Shown here in pieces: positions 53,961 through 64,000 of a stretch of 64,000 nt of DNA. Under the pieces are notes generated by a model. The model ran no database searches. It saw only the letters and a program-made list of their open reading frames with translations, and had not been told where the DNA came from. A program made the position numbers and the translations under genes. Positions within the stretch are counted from its first letter, which is position 1; every line of letters begins with the position of its first letter. Origin of the DNA: Eledone cirrhosa (Eukaryota); assembly GCA_964016885.1 (NCBI GenBank), contig OZ024742.1, positions 226,114,001 through 226,178,000 of the forward strand. The letters run 5' to 3'.

Positions 53961-54891
53961 TATATATATAGGTTACATATAAGTAGATTGTGCATGTATA
54001 GTATATCATCATCATCATCACTATTTTACATCTATATTCCATGCTTGCATGGGTTATACAGGTTGTCATTGTCATGTTATGAAGCTAAACAGGCCAGTTT
54101 ACTGTATCTTGTTTATATGTTCCATTCTGGTTTCTACAGTTGGATGCCCTTCCTAACACCAACTACTTCACAGCTTATACTGGGTACATTTTATTATGAC
54201 GCTGGCACTACCACTTGATAGAGTGGGGTGGCTGCTTTTTATCATGGCACCAGCACTACAACTTTACACACAAACGCATATGTACTTGTAATCCATATAT
54301 AGAATACTTGAGTAGTTTCAAATGGGTCCTATATTTCACATCTCACCTGGGCCTATTATCAGCTTTAGGGGTCTATATTTCACATCTGGTCTAGGCCTAT
54401 TACCAACTTTTTACAAAAAGGAAAGGGGGGTGGTCATCAGATTGGATCAAGTATGTTTCCATTGTTGACATATACCTTTCTTATCACAATCACTAACCAC
54501 TTTACAGAGTGGACTGGGTGCATTCTATAATGCCAACAGCATTTGTATGCCAGGATTAAAATGTCCCCAATTTCACTGAATCACTGTATGCAGAACTACA
54601 GCTCTTCTAGATGGGTTGCCTTTACTGCAGCTTCAGGAGTCTACATCTGCCCTAACTAACCCATGCAAATATGGAAAACATGGATGTAAAAATAATGATG
54701 ATGATGATGTATGTATATGTATGAAAGTATGTGGCCTAGTAGTTAGAATATTGGACTCATGATCATTTCACATTGTATTTCATAATAGAAGTGAATCCCT
54801 ATTATCATAAGATGCAACCTTGTAAGAGGCCAGTTAAACGAGTACACAGGTGTAAGTTGAAAATTTCATTTCATTTTCATATATATATATA

Positions 54892-55229
54892 CTAATTTCA
54901 AAAACACCAAAGATTGAAGGCATTGTCAACCTGATATATGTTTCTGCTAGCCTAAACTCACCCTAGAATCATAGAATTACAATTTCAAAACTTCAAAATT
55001 TTTAATTTGAAAATGTTATAGTTTTTTAACTTGACCTTCAGCAGTTGGTTCAAGGTCAGTGTCATCAGAGTTTATTTATGCATCAACATCAAGTTATAAA
55101 ACTATAAAATTAAAAATTTTAAATTTTGAAGTTTTGGAATTGTAATTCTATGATCCTAGGGTAGGTTTAGGCCGGCAGATACATATTTCAGTTTGACAAT
55201 CCCTTGAATCTTTGCTGTTTTTGAAATTA
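54892..55229. mobile_element. Fold-back element with an extended-loop hammerhead relic
   Basis: ~140-bp arms. The two arms together give aaact-CTGATGA...GAAA-catat(a/t)-TC-agttt. Confidence 0.7.
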
Positions 55230-55626
55230 TTAAACAGCTCTGCGTGAACCCCATTGCATTGAGCTTTTAACCATCTGGTAAAGCAGTTTTAATACTCCAT
55301 TTATTAATAATATTATTATTACCACTATTATATATATATGTATGTATATATGTATATATATATATATATATCAAAGGTATATATTGAGTTAGAAACTCAA
55401 ATTAGTCTCTTACAATAAAATAGCTCTAGGAAAGAGATTTTTCCGAGCCGTATATCATAATTGAATATAAAAGATAAACACAGACATATATAAATATATG
55501 TGTTCAAATCGTAAGGGACCAGGTTCGCTAAGGTGAAACAAATACTAACTATGGACAATAAGGTTTGCCAGACTCAATTTAAGAATAAATCAAGAAAATA
55601 TAAACCGGAATTGTGGTAACTACCAA

Positions 55627-58247
55627 TCACCCATACAGCGTTTGGCTATGCTGTTTCGCAAATTAATTGTGAAGAGTACACTGACTATTTGCAACACTAA
55701 CTTCCAGAAACACTAACTTCCAGAAACCTGCCAACCACCTAATAACCTACAAATCTGGTGAGCACATAAGCCAGATTGACTTCTTACTAGTTAGGCAGAT
55801 AGTGTCTAATACCAAGGCATACCCTGGGGAAGAATGTACCCCACAGCATAGGTTAGTCGTTAGTGATATCTCAGTAAGCAAGAGATGGAATAAGACATAC
55901 AGGAAGGTGTGGAGAAGAAAGGTCTGGAAGCTAAAAGACCTTTCACTAAAATACAAATTTAGGAAAGCCCGTCAAGATGTGTATGACGAAAAAGAAGACA
56001 ATTTAGAGACGTATGACATAGATAGTAACTGGAATTTCTTATGTGACAACTTACTGCAGGCTACTGATGAAACTTGTGGCTGGAGCAGAGCTCCAACCAG
56101 ACAGAGAGTGACCTGGTGGTGGAACAGCACAGTAGATAAGGACATTAGAGACAAAAGACTAGCATGGAAGGCTTGGAAAAAGGGTGGGAGTAGGAAAGGA
56201 TATACAGCCACTAAGAGAGAAGCTAGACGTCAGGTGTACTTAGCACACAGGAGGCTGAGAGTAGGAGGTTTGCCAATGTTCTGCGACAGGAAGATCAGAG
56301 GCGTGCAGTATTCCACATTGCAAGGCAGTGTGTCAATGCAAATCAGGATGTTGTTGAAAATAAATGTGTCCGGAATGATGCCGGTGTACTTAGTGTCACG
56401 AATGATCAGAAAAAGAAAGCCTGGAAATGTCATTATGAGAGATTGATGAATGTAGAGAATGAATGGGGGAGAGAAAAATTACCCTCAGTAGATCCGACAG
56501 AGGGACCAGCTATTGAAATTGACGAATATAGGTCCAAGAGGTGATTAAGGAAATGAAAAATGGTAAGGCTGCTGGACCATCGGGGATAGTTGCTGAGATG
56601 CTGAAGGCATCAGGGGACGTAGGCACTAAACTGGTTGCGCGCATTATCAATCAAGCTATATATGGCAGTCATACCCAAAGACTGGTGCAGCAGTATTCTC
56701 ATAAATTGCTACAAAGGTAAAGGGGATGCTCTGGAGAGGAGCAATTATAGCGGTATAAAACTGATGGATCAGGTTATGAAAGTGGCAGAAAGGATATTAG
56801 CACAACTAATTAGAGAAAGGGTCAAACTAGATCAGATGCAGTTTGGTTTTGTGCCTAGGAAGAGTACAACAGATGCCCTCTTCTTGGTGAGAAAATTACA
56901 AGAGAGGTTCTTAGAGAAAAATAAGCCACTATACTTAGCCTTTGTTGACCTAGAGAAGGCCTTTGATAGGGTACCTCGATCTGTCATTTGGTGGTCCCTA
57001 AGGAAACTAGGTGTTGAGGAATGGCTTGTGAGGACAGTGCAAACTTTGACAGAGGTACTGTCAGTAAAGTGAGGGTAGGAATGGAGTTTAGAGAGGAATT
57101 TCAGATACAAGTAGGAGTACATCAAGGTTCCGTCCTCAGTCCGCTCTTGTTCATTATAGTCCTCCAAGCCATAACAGAAGACTTTAAGACTGGCTGTTCA
57201 TGGGAACTTCTCTATGCTGACGATCTGGTTCTTATAGCAGAATCAGTAGAGGAGCTAGAGAATAAATTCTGGCTATGGAAACTGCAGTTGGAAGCAAGAG
57301 GACTGAGAGTGAACCTAGCTAAGACAAAAGTGTTGATGAGTAGAAAAGAGGACAAAACTCTGATTCTGTCAGGGAAATGGCCATGTTCGATATGCAGAAA
57401 AGGAACTGGCATAAATTCTATAAAATGCACACAATGCAGATCCTGGGTACACAGGAGATGTAGCGGGATAGCAGGCAAACTAACAGGTAGGGAGAAATAT
57501 GTATGCAGTAGATGTACAGGGAAATTAGGCAGTAGAAGTTGCATTGATAGACACATTTTTCAAATCCAGGCGAGTGCTATAGAAGTGGTTGATAGCTTCG
57601 GGTACCTAGGAGATCAGATTAACATGGGAGGGGGGGGGGGTTCCGAGGCCATAGTATCTAGAATAAGGACGGGTTGGAAGAAGTTTAGGGAGCTGCTTCC
57701 TCTGCTGATGAAGAAGGGTTTCTCCCTGCGTACGAAAGGCCGATTATATGATGCCTATATGAGGAGCGCAATGCTGCATGGTAGTGAGACATGGGCAGCA
57801 ACTGCAGAGGATATGCGATGGCTGGAGAGAAATGAGGCAAGCATGCTCCGTTGGATGTGCAATATCAATGTGCGTGAATGACCCAGCATGAATGTGTTGA
57901 GAGGGATAGAATGTAGTGTGCGAAAGAGGAGACTGCGGTGGTATGGACATGTGATGCGCATGGAGAATGACCAATGGGTGAAGAAGTGCCATGAAATGGC
58001 AGTTGAAGGAAGACGTGGTAGAGGTATACCACGAAAAACATGGGCGGAGGTGGTGAGAACAGACCTCAGATCGCTGAAGTTCACGGTGGAGATGATGAAG
58101 GACCGTGACAAGTGGAGAGATGCTGTGCTGAATAAGACCCGTCCCACCCTTGCAAGCAGGGAAGAGCGGACGTAAAATGATGATGATGATGAGGATGATG
58201 ATGATGATGATAAAGAGGATTACCAATTCTTGCTCATCAGTGGGTGA
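55627..58247 (-). ncRNA. Discontinuous, fully canonical type I hammerhead with an RTE LINE inside loop II
   Basis: 5' half 58247-58229 TCACCCA-CTGATGA-GCAAG; 3' half 55662-55627 TTTGC-GAAA-CAGC atagccaaac GCTG-TA-TGGGTGA. Confidence 0.75.
55745..58211 (+). mobile_element. 5'-truncated RTE-clade LINE (APE C-terminus, RT, PHD-like finger), frameshifted
   Basis: QIDFLLV, FVDLEKAFDRVP, GVHQGSVLSPLLF, LYADDLVL, RLRWYGHV and GRGIPRKTW motifs; several frameshifts and stops; (GAT)n tail. Confidence 0.95.
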
Positions 58248-58365
58248 AAATTAGTAAACTCCTCACTTCTAAGAATATCAGACAACTGGTCCCTTACGAT
58301 TTGAATACACATATGTATATGTCTGTGTTTATCTCTCTTTTATATTCAATTATGATATATATATA

Positions 58366-58413
<48 letters not shown>

Positions 58414-58467
58414 CGTGTGTATATATGTATATATATATATATATATATGTATATAAGTATATATATA

Positions 58468-59762
58468 TGAGAGTCAGCTGAAAAGTTCATCAGCTGACCA
58501 AGATACTGTTATAGAATGTGACCAAATGAGGTTTATTTTTCAACAGAGTCCCCCACACAGTTCTTCCATTGGTGTTGCAGTGTTTGGATCCCATTGGTGA
58601 AGAAGCTTTTATCTTGTTGGTAAAAAAGTCAACAGCAGCAGATATGACATCATCATCACTGTGATACTGGCTCCCAGCCAAGTGTTTTTTCTCATGTTGG
58701 GGAACAGGTGATAGTCAGATGGGGCCAAATCAAGAGAATAGGGAGGGGTGATCAACCAGTTCAAAGCCACAGTTATGCACAGCAGCCACTGAAACCAAGT
58801 ACTGGTGTGTTGGAACATTGTCCTGATGAAACAAGACCCCCTTTTGTCAGTTTACCTGGGTGTTTGGTCTTGACAGCCTTTCATAACTGCCTCAGCAAGT
58901 TGGCTTGGTACTCTCCATTGATGGTGTGGCCCTTTTGAAGATAGTCAATAAACACAATACCTTTTGCATCCGAAAAACTGAGGCCTTCCCTGCAGATGAA
59001 ATGACCTAGGCCTTATTTGGAGCAGGTGAGGTGTGTGTGAGGGGGGTTTCCATTGCATGGATTGTGTCTTTTGTCTCTGGCTCAAAGTGATGAACCCAAC
59101 ATTCATCCTGAGTTAGGAAACATTCAAGGAAACCAGCTGGATGGATCTGCCTCAAACAATGTCAGATTTTCCCGTGATCTGATCAGCCTGGTGTGCTTTT
59201 AATCAGGTGTCGGAAGACGTGGCACCCACCGAGCAGAAACCTTTGTCATGTCAAGTTCATTGTGCAGAATATTTTCAACTCTCTCACGGAATATGCTAAT
59301 AACATTTGCTATTTGATTTATAGTCACTCATCTGTCATCCCTCACCATGTGGTGAACAGGATCAATGTTTTTCCAGGTGGTGGCAGTTGTAGGACATCCA
59401 GACTTTGGGTCATTTTCAAGACTTTCCCTTCTCCTCCAAAATTCAGCTATCCCCTTTTTCACTGTTGATAAAGCTGGAGCATCATCCCCTAATGTAGCAA
59501 CCATGTCAGCATGAATGTCTTTGGGAGCTAAACGCTTTTTCTGCTGGCACTTGATAACATCACGCTGACAAATTTTGTCCATTTTCAAGAGAAGTTGCTA
59601 CTAGTTACTTTTGAAGTCGTCTTTGAACATCCAGAATCAGTTTACATGAAAAGAAAACAATGCAGTTATTAATAAGAAGAATTGAAATTAATGCATGCAA
59701 GATTTCACAGCTCTAGCATCACTCCTTCATTGTTAGCCTATGGACTTTTCAACCCACCCTCA
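58468..59762 (-). mobile_element. Full-length defective mariner transposon
   Basis: TA flanks, ~28-bp imperfect TIRs, N-terminal HTH region (LAPKDIHADMVATLGDDAPALSTVKK), PPYSLDLAPSDYHLF motif, many frameshifts. Confidence 0.92.
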
Positions 59763-60211
59763 TATATACCATAACTGTATAATTAGTGTGTATATGCATT
59801 TGTGTGTATCTTTGAGCAGTTGTGGACTTTGTAAGTTGCAGCAAAGGCAGCCCAACTAGGAAGGCAGTCACTTCAAATAACAAGATTTACTAGATACACA
59901 CACACAAGATCATTGTTTGAGATTTAATATATATGTGAAAGAGAGACATCTCTCTGACATTCATAGATCCAAACCAATAATTTGTCAATTATTGATCACA
60001 TACCCTTCCATTTAATGTTCCACACAAATCTCTGTCAATACTGTAATACATACACTAAAACACACACAGACAGACATACAGATAAACATATACTTATACA
60101 AGGAAAGAAAGAAAGAAAGAAAGAGTCAAATAGACAGACAGATAGATAGATAATTAAGTATGTAGACAGAAAATAGATAGATTAGAAACATATATTAAAA
60201 GGATAGATAGA

Positions 60212-61057
60212 TATGTTTCTTTATTAGCCACAGGGGCACAAAAGAAGGGGTCAAATACAAAGGGGGAAGTTTACATACAATAAAAATGCGTAAAATGTTA
60301 TCACAAATGCAATTTAAAAAATTAGTCGATTTTCCCCAATAGGGGAGACAGTTCATATGGGTAACACATACCCCCGAAAAAATGTGCAACCCTCATCTCC
60401 AGGAGTACGAAGAGTTTGTACTCCTTTCCTCTCCTCCTCCTTTTCCTCAACCTACAGGCTGATATAGAGAGAAGGCCCATTCACTCGGGTCATTCTCACC
60501 ACTTTCACCCACCTTTCATAAAACTTGCTGGGGTACAGCACCTCTCTCTCCATCTTGATTCTTCTTCCAAAGTGGTATTTGAAAAAAAGAATCAGTTGTT
60601 GGCCAGAGAGAAAGGTGTCTGACCTCAGCTCTTTCAACCTTGTCCACCATACAACCTCTTTCACCATAGCTATCACACAAAGGAAAACCGCCTCTCCTTC
60701 GTTTTTGAAGGAGGGTGGCGGTTTAATCATGACAATGGACTTGGTGGTCAACCGGATTGGTCCCACCCGCGACAATAGTCCTTCTACATAGCCCCACAAG
60801 TCAGTGACACCCGGGCAGTGTATGAATGCGTGCGTGACGGTTTCTTCGTTATGCACGCACCTCGGACAGATTTTTTTTGAAGGGTCCCTGCCCGGGCGCC
60901 CATGTCTGTAGAGCTTGTCTCGAACTGCTAGAGCTCCTCGGTAGCACTGCCAGGCCAGGGACTTTTGGAAGTTGTCCATCAGTCCCGGGCGGAAGGTCCT
61001 ACCGAACAGACTGGCCAGTTCATCTTCCTCTACGCCTAGAGTTTCACCGAGTGCGTC

Positions 61058-61058
<1 letters not shown>
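60212..61058 (-). mobile_element. Second 5'-truncated Tx1/L1 copy
   Basis: MDNFQKSLAWQCYRGAL...CPRCVHNEETVTHAFIHC, highly similar to 48210-49085. Flanked by (TATC)n. Confidence 0.92.
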
Positions 61059-61095
<37 letters not shown>

Positions 61096-61849
61096 GGATC
61101 GATAAATCGATGAATGGATTGATATATAGATAGAAAAATAGATAGATAGAAGATAAAGATAGACAGATAGACAGATAGATAGATTAGATAGATAGATAGA
61201 TTAAGTAGATAGATAGATGGGTTAGTTAGATAAATAGATAGAAGATATATATATAGAGAGAGAGGAGGGAGATCAACATACTGATATGTATATAGATAGA
61301 TAAATCTCTTGCAAGCACAAACACACACTAGAGCATTTAAGTTCAAAAAGAGAAATATTCCATCAATAAACTTAAGCCAATATTTTCTTGTCTTTGAAAT
61401 CTAGTATTTGGTCTAACAACAACAATATCATGTTTGAAATTAATATATTGAATCTTTCATTCAAATTCCAAACCAAAGAGAAAAATGATAATTATCGAAA
61501 CAAATGTAATTATTTGATAAATTAAAATTTCATCTCAAAATTATTTTACTCTAATTAACTTATTTCTGGTCAATAACCATATCTGTCTGCTTGCAAGACA
61601 TATATGTGTATGAGTCATCATCATCATCATGTTACATCCACTTTCCATGATGGCATGGGTTGGAAGGATTGGATGTTCTGAGACTAGACAAGTCACAGAG
61701 ACCTTATCTAGTTTATATATTTCATATTCGGCATGAGTTCTATGGCTGGGTGACCGTGTTAATGCCAACCACTAAACAAAGTCGACATGTTTTTCATGAT
61801 ACCAGCACTAACACTTTACAGAGTGAAGTGGATGTATTCAATTCCAAAC

Positions 61850-63060
61850 CTGGAAGTAAGGCCTAGAATCTAAAATTCTTAAAGTCAACTTGGCAAAGAC
61901 CAAAGTCCTAGTATGTAGAAAGGAAAACAGGACTCAGGTTCCCTCAGGAAAATGTGCAGAAAAGGAGTAGGTAGAAATTCCATCCTAAGACCCAAATGCA
62001 AACTATGGGTACACCAAAGATGTAGTGGGATTTCAGGTAGGCTAGCAAAGAACACAGGTTTTATATGTGGTCATTGCACAGGCACAGAAAGTAGAAAGAA
62101 CCCACAGGATATTAGCTCCTTTAAATGCCCAGAGGGCTCGGTAGAAGTAGTTGAAACTTTCTGTTACCTAGGTAACTAAATTAACAGTGGAGGTGGGTGT
62201 TCCGAAAATACAGTAGCCAGATTGAGAGTGGGATAGAGAAAGTTCAGGAAGCTACTACTACTGCTAACTATAAAAGGTTTTTCCCTGAAAATAAAGGGCA
62301 GATTGTATGATGCATGTATATAAACAGCAATATTGCATGGAAGTGATGCTTAGGTGTTGTATGCAGAAGACCTGCAAATATTGGAAAGAAATGATGCTGG
62401 CATGCTTCAATGGATGTATAGTAATATATATGAACAGCAAAGCATAAATGAACTGAGAGAGAAACTAGGCATAAGGGAGATGTGCAAGAGAGAAAATTGC
62501 ACTCGTATGAACATGTGATGCATATGAAAGATAACAACTGTATAAAAAGGTGCAGGACATTCAAAGATGATGGAAGCTATCGTATAAGAAAACCTAGGAA
62601 GACTTGGGATGAGGTGATAAAAGCTGACCTTGCACAATTGCACCTCTCAATGGCGATGACACAAGATCGAGATTTCTGGTGTTATGCAGTAATATGGAAA
62701 ACCTGCCTTCCTATGTGCATGGGTTGAAGCATACATTTTGTACACACTACCGTCCCCTCCCCATGTTCTAACACCCCATCCTTCATCCACATCCCTACAC
62801 CCCCACTCTTCTCCAGATAAGTCCCCATCCTACATCTACCTCACCAATCCCCATGTACTTCCCCCACCCCAGCCCCAGCCTGCACTGTATAGTGGTCATG
62901 TAGGTGTCATGACAAAAAGCACCCAGTTCACTCGGTAAATGTGGTTGGCATTAGGAAGGGCATCCAGCCATAGAAACCAAGCCAGAAGCAGTTTTGTACA
63001 TGCAAGACAACGGGGACGACTCATCTAACCTATGCTAGCATGGAAAATAGACATTAAACA
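61850..63060 (+). mobile_element. Degenerate RTE 3' half with a SINE-type 3' UTR
   Basis: PHD-like CRKGVGRNSI..WVHQRC, then FCYLG and KPRKTW, a C-rich tract and the SINE core/tail. Confidence 0.85.
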
Positions 63061-63536
63061 GTGCCATAATTAAATGCATCCGGTACATTCTGAACAGTGG
63101 AGGACCACTTGGTCCTACTGAAGACATAACTTCTCTTGGACTGGTGGCATAAAATGTACCCATTATATTTTGTAAAGTTGCTGTCATTAGGAAGATCATC
63201 CAGCCATAGAAACCATACCAAAACATAAAATGCACAAGTGAAATGTTGTTTTCTGACCTGTCTCAGCGGGCAATAAATCTAAATAAGTGTTATTAACTAT
63301 CTAACTGTATAAACCAATAGCCTGATCCCCTAGGCTTTCAGATATTTCTGGCACCCCTCTCACTCTTCGATCTTTTACAGCAAAAAAAAAAATAATAATA
63401 GGTGCTCCCTAGACCCTGTAAGTCCTCTAGTCTTTGTTAACCTTATGAATAATATGGCCATGATTGAAAATAAAGGTAAATGACACCATCATACAGTTAT
63501 TAAAGTTTTAAGCAAAACATATAATTCATAAGAATA

Positions 63537-63728
63537 ATAATTGTTTCTACTTTTGGCACAAGGCCAGCAATTACCCAGTACATTTACTGGTACTTTATTT
63601 TATCGACCCCGTAAGGATGAAAGGCAAAGTTAACCTCGGCGGGATTTGAACACAGACCGTAAAGGGATGTAACTATGCTGGAAAGCATGGCGTCCGACTC
63701 TCTACTGATACTGCCAATCCACCGCCCT
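63537..63728 (-). mobile_element. Young tRNA-derived SINE with target-site duplication
   Basis: ttcataagaataataattgt is present on both sides, overlapping the (ATT)n tail. Confidence 0.9.
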
Positions 63729-64000
63729 TCATAAGAATAATAATTGTAGATGTTTCGTTATGAATGATTTAAAATCAATACAAATGAAAAATAGCCACTT
63801 TAATGTTGATTCCATGATAAAATATATCCAGTAAATTCAGTATAATGGTTGGTGTTGGGAAGGTCATTCAACCTTAGAAATCATGCCAAGTAAAGGTTGA
63901 AGGACATGAAGGACATAAAGGACATAAAGGTCATGTCAACCTCCCTGGTGCTGGGGCTATAATAAAATGCACCCGATTCATTCTAGGGGGGTTGATGTTA

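Noticed and set aside
55802-58175. Functional reverse transcriptase gene
   Set aside because: 5'-truncated, with multiple frameshifts and an internal stop.

Overview
This is AT-rich, repeat-dense eukaryotic DNA. The SINE, RTE and microsatellite make-up looks like an octopus or other coleoid cephalopod genome (inference). I can support one host gene: a minus-strand, 3-exon, 161-aa KIAA1143/DUF4604-like gene (exons 45197-45087, 9655-9562, 5852-5572). It has a 35-kb first intron and a decayed duplicate of exon 3 split by a TTAA-type MITE. The rest is mostly transposons: RTE LINEs with an internal PHD-like finger, two Tx1/L1 copies in (TATC)n, CR1 and CRE-type remnants, a mariner with its MITE, Helitrons, piggyBac-type and pogo-type MITEs, and tRNA-derived SINEs. 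There is also a 29-bp minisatellite and a 5-kb purine-rich satellite. The strongest unexplained signal is about ten type I hammerhead-ribozyme motifs, most of them in or next to fold-back (inverted-repeat) elements bordered by (TA)n/(TG)n, which resemble Penelope-like element ends. Several have a ~100-nt extended loop II. One has every core nucleotide and all three stems intact, but a 2.5-kb RTE LINE sits inside its loop II (55627-58247). Nearly all ORFs in the supplied track are repeat or TE artefacts. All calls were made by eye; no searches or folding computations were run.
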